Assembly: GCA_029059055.1 (NCBI GenBank)
Contig: JAIDWS010000022.1
Location: forward strand, 3,433-67,432
Source: Alphaproteobacteria bacterium
Lineage (GTDB): Bacteria; Pseudomonadota; Alphaproteobacteria; Rs-D84
Direction: 5' to 3'
Length of the DNA stretch: 64,000 nt
The notes below the pieces were generated by a model, which saw only the letters and a program-made list of their open reading frames with translations, did no database searches and was not told the DNA's origin. A program made the translations under genes and the position numbers. This document shows positions 27,046 through 35,998 of the stretch, piece after piece; positions within the stretch are counted from its first letter, which is position 1, and each line of letters begins with the position of its first letter.

Positions 27046-27950
27046 TACTCATAATCCCCCATAACCAACATAGAAGATTCAAAAACCGGTAAATTTAATA
27101 AACGACAATCCTTTTGCCTGAATGCCTTGGCCAATGATGCGGACATCATTTCTGCACATTTAAGCAGGGATATTGCTTCGCCATCCATATTTGCATTACA
27201 CAACAATACTGATATTAGTTTATTTTTTAATTCTGGTGTTAAATCCGAATAATCAGACAAATCCAACTTTGCCACACTATAATCCACAAATGGCCGCAAT
27301 GGTTCCATCATGTCATCAACCAAATTAAACTGATTTAATTGATTATCATGATGAATGCCAAAACATGGCAACAATCCAGATGCAACAATATTGCGCGCAA
27401 CACAACCACGCACAATGGCATATCCATAATTCAGCGCTTTGTTTATCACATTTGCATCATCACGGCGCGAAAAATCACCGAACAACAACCGCCAATAGAG
27501 TTGAGCCGCATAAGCTTCGCGATTATCGCTATCACCGCTTTGTACACGTTTTGCAATTTCGCCCAGCGCATTTTGCCTTCCCAGCGCATATAACACAGCA
27601 GATTGATTTAAAATTTTCTGTTGCACAACTGATTGCCATACGCGCTTTTTTAATGGTTCAGTGGCCGCGATTTGAATATGGGCCATTTCTGAATAGCGCG
27701 AGTTATCATGAAACGGAAAAAAAGTTCCCGACGGCAAATGCGACGCATCACAGGTCAACAAGACGACATCATTTGCCGCGAATTCTGACAAAACGTGCCC
27801 TGTTAATTGTACAAAGCCCGTTTCCAAAACAACGACCGACAAGTCCTCTATCGGAATCGTTGTTTTGGTGTCATCTGATTCATAAAATAATTGTTTTTGC
27901 TTGACTGATAATTTACACGGTTTCGTTAGTTGAAGGATTCGCCACCCCAT
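27045..27950 (-). CDS. cas1: CRISPR-associated endonuclease Cas1 (type II)
   Basis: 301 aa: NKALNYGYAIVRGCVARNIVASGLLPCFGIHHDNQLNQFNLVDDMMEPLRPFVD. Confidence 0.95.
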   Translation of the reverse strand: MGWRILQLTKPCKLSVKQKQLFYESDDTKTTIPIEDLSVVVLETGFVQLTGHVLSEFAANDVVLLTCDASHLPSGTFFPFHDNSRYSEMAHIQIAATEPLKKRVWQSVVQQKILNQSAVLYALGRQNALGEIAKRVQSGDSDNREAYAAQLYWRLLFGDFSRRDDANVINKALNYGYAIVRGCVARNIVASGLLPCFGIHHDNQLNQFNLVDDMMEPLRPFVDYSVAKLDLSDYSDLTPELKNKLISVLLCNANMDGEAISLLKCAEMMSASLAKAFRQKDCRLLNLPVFESSMLVMGDYE

Positions 27951-30900
27951 TTTTATTCCTTTTAGGTTGCTTCCTTCCTTTTCTTTTTTCTGATTGCGGC
28001 TTTATGGCACAGACCGGCGTCCGATGTTCACATTTTACTTCATTCACATCGCCCAACACGCCAATATGAAATTTTTGTAAGTTTTTGAATGTATTTATGT
28101 CTATTTTTTTCTGACTATCGCATTTTTCCAATTCCACCAATGTTTTTATTTTCTTTTTTTCTTCCACTCCGCCACGTTTTTGTTTTTTCTGTGCTTCTAT
28201 TTCAAAAATAATACCATTTTCACTGATTGCAATTAATTTTCCGTTTTTAATCTCAGAAACCTTATACAAAGTATTTTCAACTTTAATAATATCATCAGGC
28301 TCAAACGTATCTGTTCGAACAGAAAATCTTGCAGAATTATCTAAACTTCTAATTACTAATTGAGATTGGTTAGAGGCCGCCGTACACTTTACGACATACC
28401 CCTCATATTCTATCTCCGATTTTGTCGTAATCTTGATATAATCATCCTTGTGCAATGTCATAACGAATTCATAAGTATCGTCAATGGCAACGGGCTTTTC
28501 CGCCTTGGCTGGTTGGGGATAGAATATATCTTGGCGATTTTTATCAACTGTATCCGCAACAAATATTGGAACAACCACATACTTGCCGTCTTTTTTAAAG
28601 ATATCCATGCGGAACATATTGTCTTTATCCGCACGTCCACGTGGCAAAACCATACTACCTTTACCAGATTTTGGCGAATTTATAGTATCTTTATGCACCG
28701 AACCCGTTGCCTTGCCACGTACCGTACGCGAAACAAATACATCATCAACGGACTGCAAGACATCCGCCCGAAAACCATCCCATGGCTCTCTAACATTCTG
28801 CTTCAAGTTGTCCCACCAGGGCCGCCCTTTCTCATTACGTTTATTTTCAAACAAACCGGATACTGTTGATAAATATTGCACCATTCCTGGCGTTGCACAG
28901 GCGATAACAATGGCGTCCTGGGCATGATGCCGGTCTGATTCTGTACGCGATTTTGTCAGCCCCCACTGACCGCGTAAATAATGTGTCAATGCCCCGGCAC
29001 GCACATCAACCCGCAAATCTGGGAACGCGGTATTTAAGACTTGTTTGACATATCGTGCCGCATATGCATTGTCATGCTCATTGCGTTCACGAAAATCCTC
29101 TTCTGACGCATCAAAGTCTTTATTCAACAGATTATGCACTTTGCGGGTTCCCAACCCCACTTTGAGTGCAGATACACGCCCAGCAAAATCATCCCAACGT
29201 GCGGTATTGCCAAAATATTCATACGGTGTTTTATTGCCTTTGGCCTGATTTTCTGTATATTTGACCAAAACCTTGTTCATATATGAATTATCCAACGATC
29301 GTGAATACGGTAAAATATGGTCAATTTCGTAACTATCCAGATGGGCCAAATCAATCGCTTCGCCAGAATACATGCACTTTCCATCTTGATCACGATACAG
29401 TTTATATTTTACTACATCTTTGGCTGTGGCCTTGCGTCCCGTCAACGCTTCATACTCTGTCCGGGCACTATCATTTTTATCGCGATTTTCATTTTGTTGG
29501 CGTTCGATTTTTTTACGATCGTCAAAGTTATTCTTTAATTCGCGCCCTACTTCTAAATTCACACGGTCCGGGGTGCCGTATTTACGAACCAGCGCATTAT
29601 ACACCTTGCGAAACTGGGCAACTGTACGATTAACAACCGGGACACGCGTCCATTCTGCAATCTCTGCGACACATCCATTGTCTGCCTTTACTTCGCCAGA
29701 TATTTTGCTTTTAAAATCATATCCGGCCGCCGCACACGCCTTGTCATACGTCAGTCCACGCATCATTTCCGGCACAATTTTATACAAGGCCTGTAAAGAC
29801 AGATTTATAAACTTTGACGTAGATAGCGTCTTTAATTCGGCAATATGCTTTTCAGGCACCTTTTTTCGACGCAATTCTTTTTCGATTGCCGCATCATCTT
29901 TCTGGGTTGCAATGACCTTCATAATCCGGTCCAGCATTTGAACATCCGACATATCGGCACTATCCAAGATTTTCTTTAATTTATGCCATCCGGCCATGGA
30001 ATAAAAGGTTTGCGTTTCTTCCTTTACACCGCGAAAAGCGACATCGTGCCCTTTCCATATTTTATTACGCAGTGTCTTGTACTTAACAGTTTGGGTCTTG
30101 CGCAATAAATCCAGAATTGCAGCACGTTCTTCATCATTCACAGAACGCACGGCGCCATCGATAACCATTTTCATGTTATTTATACGGGTCAACGCCACAA
30201 ACAATTCTGCCGTCGGGGATTCTTTTGGCGCACGCAGACAATTGGGTTCCAATGTACATCCGCCGACCATTTTGCCAACCGACTGTATTGGACGTACACG
30301 AAATGCAATTTTCTTATATTGTTCGCGCAATTCTGGGGTAAGCAGTCCGTATTTCTGCTGGGCATCAAAAATCAAATCAAGTTCCCGTTCTATTTCTTCC
30401 CGCGGAATTGAGTTATCGTATACGCCATCACCATTGCGATATTTTTTCGCGCCATCGCAATTGTTTTTGTAAATCATCTGGGCCATCGTCTTATATTCAC
30501 CCATCCGTTCACGATTCCGCGCAATGGAAACCAGTACCTTTCCGGTTTCTTTATCATTTTCTTCTGCCGATTTTCGCATAGATTTATATCCGCGATGCTT
30601 TGCCATATGAATTAACACACGCGACAGTTCGCGTGATGACAATTTACGATAAAACACATCTTCTGCGCGCAACGCCCAAACATCAACGTCATCGGCCCCA
30701 ACAACAATATTTTGATTACCAAGTCCACTATTTTCCAATAATGTTCGAATTTCTTTCATACGTAACGCTTTTCTGCGCAGCGCACGACGAATTGACCGCT
30801 TCTCGCGACGCGGCGCCGCCAATGAAGAACCATCCTTAGGATTTTCCGCGACACTAAAAATACGTACACCTGACTGTTGAATTTTTCCCACAGTGGCACG

Positions 30901-30990
30901 TCCCATCTCTGGATTATTATTTTCTTTCTCTATATCAACAACCGCCCAACCGATACTGGCAATTCCCAAGTCAAAACCGAATACACGCAT
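27913..30990 (-). CDS. cas9: Cas9, compact type II-C (1025 aa)
   Basis: RuvC-I MRVFGFDLGIASIGWAVV, Arg-rich bridge helix RREKRSIRRALRRKALRMKEIR, HNH YEIDHILPYSRSLDNSYMNKVLVKYTENQAKGNKTPYEY, and RuvC-III HHAQDAIVIA. There is no csn2 or cas4 in the locus. Confidence 0.97.
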   Translation of the reverse strand: MRVFGFDLGIASIGWAVVDIEKENNNPEMGRATVGKIQQSGVRIFSVAENPKDGSSLAAPRREKRSIRRALRRKALRMKEIRTLLENSGLGNQNIVVGADDVDVWALRAEDVFYRKLSSRELSRVLIHMAKHRGYKSMRKSAEENDKETGKVLVSIARNRERMGEYKTMAQMIYKNNCDGAKKYRNGDGVYDNSIPREEIERELDLIFDAQQKYGLLTPELREQYKKIAFRVRPIQSVGKMVGGCTLEPNCLRAPKESPTAELFVALTRINNMKMVIDGAVRSVNDEERAAILDLLRKTQTVKYKTLRNKIWKGHDVAFRGVKEETQTFYSMAGWHKLKKILDSADMSDVQMLDRIMKVIATQKDDAAIEKELRRKKVPEKHIAELKTLSTSKFINLSLQALYKIVPEMMRGLTYDKACAAAGYDFKSKISGEVKADNGCVAEIAEWTRVPVVNRTVAQFRKVYNALVRKYGTPDRVNLEVGRELKNNFDDRKKIERQQNENRDKNDSARTEYEALTGRKATAKDVVKYKLYRDQDGKCMYSGEAIDLAHLDSYEIDHILPYSRSLDNSYMNKVLVKYTENQAKGNKTPYEYFGNTARWDDFAGRVSALKVGLGTRKVHNLLNKDFDASEEDFRERNEHDNAYAARYVKQVLNTAFPDLRVDVRAGALTHYLRGQWGLTKSRTESDRHHAQDAIVIACATPGMVQYLSTVSGLFENKRNEKGRPWWDNLKQNVREPWDGFRADVLQSVDDVFVSRTVRGKATGSVHKDTINSPKSGKGSMVLPRGRADKDNMFRMDIFKKDGKYVVVPIFVADTVDKNRQDIFYPQPAKAEKPVAIDDTYEFVMTLHKDDYIKITTKSEIEYEGYVVKCTAASNQSQLVIRSLDNSARFSVRTDTFEPDDIIKVENTLYKVSEIKNGKLIAISENGIIFEIEAQKKQKRGGVEEKKKIKTLVELEKCDSQKKIDINTFKNLQKFHIGVLGDVNEVKCEHRTPVCAIKPQSEKRKGRKQPKRNKNGVANPSTNETV

Positions 30991-31006
30991 ATTGTAAGCC
31001 TTTTTC

Positions 31007-31034
31007 TTGACATTTTAATTCCTATCACTACAAT
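31007..31034 (+). promoter_or_regulatory. candidate tracrRNA promoter
   Basis: TTGACA (31007-31012), 16 nt, TACAAT (31029-31034), divergent from cas9. Confidence 0.6.
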
Positions 31035-31040
31035 TGCAAT

Positions 31041-31152
31041 GTATTTCTAGATATTATGGACTGAATTAGGAAAGCAATCTACAATAAAGAAATACTCTGT
31101 GGGGCTCTGTTGGAAACAACATCCTCTACCGCCCGCTTGTCGGGCTTTTTTT
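31041..31152 (+). ncRNA. tracrRNA (predicted)
   Basis: The anti-repeat ACTGAATTAGGAAAGCAATCTACAA (about 31060-31084) is complementary to repeat positions 2-25, with a single-nt bulge. It is followed by TAAAG, an internal hairpin (ctctgtggggctctgttggaaacaacatcctc region) and the terminator gcccgcttgtcgggcTTTTTTT (31131-31152). The 5' end is inferred from the promoter only. Confidence 0.8.
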
Positions 31153-31181
31153 ATATAAAGAAACCGCGACTTGGAATTCTG

Positions 31182-31195
31182 ATGGTCGGGGCGAC
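31182..31195. repeat. 14-nt duplicate of the tRNA-Pro 3' end
   Basis: atggtcggggcgac is identical to 31386-31399, which covers the 3' acceptor end of the minus-strand tRNA-Pro. Confidence 0.6.
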
Positions 31196-31386
31196 CATAA
31201 GTAGTTGAGAACAAGCGCATTAGCGCGCAATTCGAAACGTTACGAATGCCGCGTAGTCCGGCGCACCCAGCGCGACGAAACAAGCGACCTGTTCGAACAC
31301 AAACCATTGGTTTGTTGTTCGGGTTCAGGATTGTCACAACCAAATTTAATAAAATGGACACCATGCGGTGTCCATCTTATTAAACA

Positions 31387-31463
31387 TGGTCGGGGCGACA
31401 TGATTCGAACATGCGACATCTTGCTCCCAAAGCAAGCACTCTACCAGACTGAGCTACGCCCCG
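31387..31463 (-). tRNA. tRNA-Pro (anticodon TGG)
   Basis: Minus-strand sense cggggcgtagctcagtctggtagagtgcttgctttgggagcaagatgtcgcatgttcgaatcatgtcgccccgacca. It has acceptor cggggcg/cgccccg, anticodon loop tTTGGGa and an encoded CCA. Confidence 0.9.
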
Positions 31464-31639
31464 AAATCCCCGGAATTATATCAATAAAAATATCAATTGC
31501 AAATTTTTATCTGACATGCGCCACAAACCGCCGGTTTTCCCGATTTTTAAATTGGGACAACCCCCATATTGACATTTGCAGTATTCCAGCCCATAATAAG
31601 AAAAAATTCATTCAAATTTCTGCTTAAACAGGCGTGAAT

Positions 31640-32800
31640 ATGGCAAAAATTAAGGTTGTTTTTTGTATTCCAAATATGGTTATTGGCGGCGTTGAAAACG
31701 TCTTGGTCAATACTGTAAATGAATTGATGCGCGATGACAATCTGGATATTGCCATTGCATTGCATGCGCCCGTACGCGAACCGGTCCATCGCCAATGGTT
31801 GGCCGCACATCCCCAGATTCCGGTTTATACGTATTATCCCCTGTGCAACTGGTTCGAAGATATGCAGAAATACTGTCGCGTATTTCCATTGAAACCGCTG
31901 CGCAAAATCGCGTTCAGTCTGTATAAAAAATACCGCCGCATGGTGGCGCGATGCACCCGGCCCTTTGCCGATGCAGATATTTTTATTGATTATAAAAATC
32001 TTAGCTTTTTCAAAGAATTACGCAACGCGCACGCCCCACGCATTACATGGGTTCATGGCCCGGCGGGATATTTGTGCGACAACGGATTGGCCCCGCACGT
32101 TAACATATACGACCATATTGTCGGATTAACCGATGATTTCGTTGCCGAATTTTCGCATGTCATTCCCGGATATCGCGGGCGTGTCACGCGCATATACAAT
32201 CCGATTGACGGGGACAAAATCCGTCGTATGGCGGCATGCGGCACAACACATCCCGGTCATTATTTTTGCCAGGTATCACGTCTGGACCCGGTCCAAAAAG
32301 ATTTAAAAACATTGTTGGGCGCATTTGATTTGTTCTGGGGCGAAAATGGTGCACCGGATGTTCAATTGGTCATTGTCGGCGATGGCGCCCAGGCGGACGA
32401 ATTACAACAAATGGCGACACAATTGCCCAGTGGCCGCAACATCATTTTCACCGGCGCAACATCGAATCCATTCGGATTTATGGCGGGTGCAATGGCGACC
32501 ATTTTGGCCACCCGATACGAAGGGTTGCCAACGGTTCTGATTGAATCCGCGGTTTTGGGTGTGCCGTGCATTTCGTCCGATTGTCCCAACGGACCGCGCG
32601 AAATATTAATGAACGGGCACGCAGGATTATTGTTTAACGTTGGTGACGTGCGCCAATTGGCCGACCACATGACGGCAATTTGGACCAGCACCGCAAATAC
32701 ATTGGAATTGGCCGCCACCGCGACAGAAAACCTGGTCCGGTTTAATCCGGCGACAACGGCATCACAAATCACCCATTTGATAAAGGAATATGTAAAATGA
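31640..32800 (+). CDS. glycosyltransferase family 4 (GT-B, group 1)
   Basis: KVVFCIPNMVIGGVENV at the N-terminus and the C-terminal E(x7)E-type region YEGLPTVLIESAVLGVPCISSDCPNGPREIL. ATG at 31640 preferred over GTG at 31634. Confidence 0.85.
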   Translation: MAKIKVVFCIPNMVIGGVENVLVNTVNELMRDDNLDIAIALHAPVREPVHRQWLAAHPQIPVYTYYPLCNWFEDMQKYCRVFPLKPLRKIAFSLYKKYRRMVARCTRPFADADIFIDYKNLSFFKELRNAHAPRITWVHGPAGYLCDNGLAPHVNIYDHIVGLTDDFVAEFSHVIPGYRGRVTRIYNPIDGDKIRRMAACGTTHPGHYFCQVSRLDPVQKDLKTLLGAFDLFWGENGAPDVQLVIVGDGAQADELQQMATQLPSGRNIIFTGATSNPFGFMAGAMATILATRYEGLPTVLIESAVLGVPCISSDCPNGPREILMNGHAGLLFNVGDVRQLADHMTAIWTSTANTLELAATATENLVRFNPATTASQITHLIKEYVK

Positions 32801-33753
32801 CATCCAATAACGCCCCATCTACAAAGCGTCTGTTTATTTTTGCTGCGTATGACAAAGCCGATCTGATTGACGACACATTGCTGTATTATCTGACCGCGCT
32901 GTCCCATTTGGGTCATATTGTGTTTACCATGGATAACAATACGCCCGAATCCGAAATGGCCAAACTGAAATCCATTCCCAATATTATTCACGCCAATGCC
33001 ACCCGTCATGGCGAATATGATTTCGGTTCGTATAAGCGCGGATATAAATGGGCCAAAGACAACAATATCTTGGGCCAATATGACTGGATTTATATGGTCA
33101 ATGATTCGGTTTTGGGGCCATTATATGATTTGGGCCCGATTTTAACAGAACTGGAATCCCGCGGCACAGATTACGTCGGCATGGTCAGCAACGACCCACA
33201 GTTATTGCCGACACATATTCAGTCTTGGTTTGTGGGGATGCGCCAAGCGGTGGCAACATCAAAATTCTTTGACGATTTTATTACCCAGGTCGCCCACCAA
33301 ACAGACAAACAATTCATCGTATATAAATACGAAATTCGTATGTCGCAATTAATGGTCGACAATGGTTATACATACAGTGTTCTGTATGAAAATCATGGGG
33401 CTTTGCTGTATACCAATCCGCACCAGGCAATGAAAATCGGCATTCCATTTGTAAAAAAAATGGCACTGGGGCATTTATACGAACCCCAATCTTTATACAC
33501 ATTCGCCCCGGCAAAACTGGTATCTGCAATCATGATGTACGCGGCGCGCCACAACATCAGCATGGTCCAAGAAGCCCAATTGGCCCCATATGTCAAACGA
33601 TTTCGCATGACAATTTTGGGCATTCCATTCTTTACCATTTATACCCAAACCGATATGGCCCGAACGGCATACAAAATGTATTTGTTTGATAAAGTTCCAA
33701 TTTTAAAAATCTGGTTCCAATCCAACCCGTTAACATCCAGCCCCCAGGAATAA
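32797..33753 (+). CDS. RgpF-like (rhamnan synthesis protein F family) polysaccharide biosynthesis protein
   Basis: RLFIFAAYDKADLIDDTLLYYL, HGEYDFGSYKRGY, WIYMVNDSVLGPLYDL and HIQSWFVGM match my recollection of the RgpF family pattern. ATGA overlap with the GT4 stop. Confidence 0.65.
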   Translation: MTSNNAPSTKRLFIFAAYDKADLIDDTLLYYLTALSHLGHIVFTMDNNTPESEMAKLKSIPNIIHANATRHGEYDFGSYKRGYKWAKDNNILGQYDWIYMVNDSVLGPLYDLGPILTELESRGTDYVGMVSNDPQLLPTHIQSWFVGMRQAVATSKFFDDFITQVAHQTDKQFIVYKYEIRMSQLMVDNGYTYSVLYENHGALLYTNPHQAMKIGIPFVKKMALGHLYEPQSLYTFAPAKLVSAIMMYAARHNISMVQEAQLAPYVKRFRMTILGIPFFTIYTQTDMARTAYKMYLFDKVPILKIWFQSNPLTSSPQE

Positions 33754-33757
33754 AGTA

Positions 33758-34549
33758 ATGCCAAAGCCAAAAGCTGGTGTCGTATACACCTGTATCACCA
33801 ATGGATATGACAATCTGATTCAACATACATATACCAATCAGGATTGGGATTACGTATGCTTTACCGATAATACCAAGTTGTTACAGCGCAACCGGGTCGG
33901 CATATGGCAAATACGTCCGTTGGCGTTCAGTGCGTCTGATCACACGAAAAACGCCCGCTGGCACAAGACGCATCCGCATGTGCTGTTTCCCGAATACCAG
34001 GCCAGTTTGTGGATTGACAGCAATGGCGACATTTTAACGCCGCATATTTTCGACCTGGCAACGCATAAAAATCAGTCATTGATGATACCGTATCATTTTA
34101 GCCGGGATTGTATATTTGACGAAGCGAACGCAGTCGTCAAATACCACAAAGACAGCCCAGAAAACGTGAATAACGTTGTATATTATCTGGAATCAAACCA
34201 AATGCCCCGAAATTATGGCTTAAACGAAACAAATATTATTTTCCGTCGCCATCATGACCCCAAAATCATCCATTTGATGGATTCATGGTGGCACCATATT
34301 GAAAATTATTCCAAACGCGACCAGTTATCATTGTCATATGTCTTGTGGCGGGCGGGAATTGCGGTGGCGGATATTTCGTTCCCCAACGCGCGCACAGACA
34401 TCCAGAATTTCGCATTTATTACCCATACATCTGATGTCCGGCGGCAACGGTGGAAATTATTTGTAAAAATTCGGGATTCAAATGGACGGCGTCGTATTTA
34501 TTGCTGTGGTATTCGTATTTTTACATACCACCGCAAATGCGCATTCTAA
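33758..34549 (+). CDS. DUF616-type glycosyltransferase-domain protein
   Basis: VVYTCITNGYDNL...DWDYVCFTDN...ARWHKTHPHVLFPEYQASLWIDSN...NETNIIFRRH...SKRDQLSLSYVLW. Confidence 0.65.
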   Translation: MPKPKAGVVYTCITNGYDNLIQHTYTNQDWDYVCFTDNTKLLQRNRVGIWQIRPLAFSASDHTKNARWHKTHPHVLFPEYQASLWIDSNGDILTPHIFDLATHKNQSLMIPYHFSRDCIFDEANAVVKYHKDSPENVNNVVYYLESNQMPRNYGLNETNIIFRRHHDPKIIHLMDSWWHHIENYSKRDQLSLSYVLWRAGIAVADISFPNARTDIQNFAFITHTSDVRRQRWKLFVKIRDSNGRRRIYCCGIRIFTYHRKCAF

Positions 34550-34567
34550 ACAGTCGGGGAATAATTC

Positions 34568-35266
34568 ATGAGCTTTGTGAAAAAATATTGTCAAAAACGG
34601 CGCCAGAAACGTATGCTGCGCAAATTTTATAGAAATGGCAATCATGTGTACCTGGTCACCGAACAGGGAACCCGCATAACCAATCCGTCCCGGGTTCCGG
34701 GCCTGTATGTCAATGCAACCGGCACCAACAACACCATTACAATTGAATTGCCAATCAAGATTGACAAGAAGCTGACAATTGCCCTGACGGACAATGCAAC
34801 AATCAGCATTGGTCATCATGCACATTTTTCCGGCCCCAGCCGTATCAGCAAAAGCCGCGGCAGCGCCGAAAACCACGTCCATATCGGCAATTACTGTGGT
34901 TTTGGCGAATGCATCATTGATATTACAGACCATGGCAATATTGATATTGGCAACAACGGGATGTTTTCATGGGGCATATATATCAAGACCGACGACACGC
35001 ATCCTGTGTTTGATGCGGCGACCGGCGCCGTATTGAACCGGTCCACCGGAATATCCATTGGCAACCATGTTTGGATTGGGATGTACGCCACCATTTTAAA
35101 GAATTCGATTATTGCCGACAATTCCATCGTCGGCGCACACAGCGTTGTGGCCGGAAAATTTACGGAACCAAACACGGCCCTGGCGGGCAATCCCGCCAGG
35201 GTGGTAAAAACCGGCATCAATTGGTCCGGAAAATCAATCGAAGATTATTGCGCACAGAACCCGTAA
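34568..35266 (+). CDS. hexapeptide-repeat (LbH) acyl/acetyltransferase
   Basis: IGNHVWIGMYATILKNSIIADNSIVGAHSVVAGKFTEPNTALAGNPARVV. Confidence 0.8.
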   Translation: MSFVKKYCQKRRQKRMLRKFYRNGNHVYLVTEQGTRITNPSRVPGLYVNATGTNNTITIELPIKIDKKLTIALTDNATISIGHHAHFSGPSRISKSRGSAENHVHIGNYCGFGECIIDITDHGNIDIGNNGMFSWGIYIKTDDTHPVFDAATGAVLNRSTGISIGNHVWIGMYATILKNSIIADNSIVGAHSVVAGKFTEPNTALAGNPARVVKTGINWSGKSIEDYCAQNP

Positions 35267-35757
35267 ACCGTCCACACCTTTAAACTGGTGTTTGCATTTG
35301 CAGACAGGTTGCTGCTGTTCAATACATTACATTGTGCCAAAAAGCCGGTTGTCGTCACATCACGAAATCCGCATACATAAACATTGTTATTTGCAGATAC
35401 GCATGTGCCAGTCATCAAGATATGATAGGTGCTGTTCATCATTTCCACCGGTAATGTAATGGCGGTTTGCTTGGTCTGGCCGCCCTGTTCGACCCACCCG
35501 CTTTTGTATTTGCGAAACCAAATATAACCATTTTCCGCTGTGGGGGCCTGGCTGTCCACGACAAAATCGTAATTATCCGGGACGCTGAAACCGTCGGGAA
35601 CGTCGTCCGCACGCGCCAATGCCACGCCGCCCGGCGTTTGCCCGTCATGCACGCGCAAGGTTTGGTTGGTTGTGTCCATGGTGACTTCGCCTGCGGCCCC
35701 GACAAAGGATTCGTGTTCGGTCGCACTGCCGCGACGTAATTGTATTTGTCTGCTCAA
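35245..35757 (-). CDS. orphan phage tail-fibre-like protein (Mtd-N-like N-terminus, gp53-like C-terminal tip)
   Basis: TTG start at 35757, 7 nt after AGGAGA. It reads MSRQIQLRRGSATEHESFVGAAGEVTMDTTNQTLRVHDGQTPGG, then GYIWFRKYKSGWVEQGGQ...VTTTGF. The track's 291-aa version adds an unsupported N-terminal extension. Confidence 0.6.
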   Translation of the reverse strand: MSRQIQLRRGSATEHESFVGAAGEVTMDTTNQTLRVHDGQTPGGVALARADDVPDGFSVPDNYDFVVDSQAPTAENGYIWFRKYKSGWVEQGGQTKQTAITLPVEMMNSTYHILMTGTCVSANNNVYVCGFRDVTTTGFLAQCNVLNSSNLSANANTSLKVWTVYGFCAQ

Positions 35758-35998
35758 AATAATATCTCCTGTTTGCTGGGTGGAAATGGCATTGATAAAA
35801 AAATCATCCGCGAAACGGATGATGTCCCCAATATGGGCGTGCAATTCCCACAATAAAAAAACCGACGAATGTTCCCATTCATCAGATGAATTTAGTATAC
35901 CATAAAATCGCAAAAAACACAAGTCCAAAGTCTTTGGCCACCCTGCTTTGCGCATTTTATGCTTGTCTAAATTTATCAAAATTTCTATCATATGATTG

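Noticed and set aside
31196-31386. Idea that the segment ending in ...ggtcgccccgacca (minus strand) is a tRNA-like or permuted two-piece tmRNA gene
   Set aside because: I could not fold a T-arm or acceptor stem beyond the duplicated 14 nt. No tag-peptide-like reading frame ending in Ala-Ala-stop is present. It is more simply a duplicated tRNA-Pro 3' end.
35245-35757. Possibility of a diversity-generating retroelement, because of the Mtd-like N-terminal domain
   Set aside because: There is no reverse transcriptase gene, no template/variable repeat pair and no C-type-lectin-like variable region anywhere in the window.
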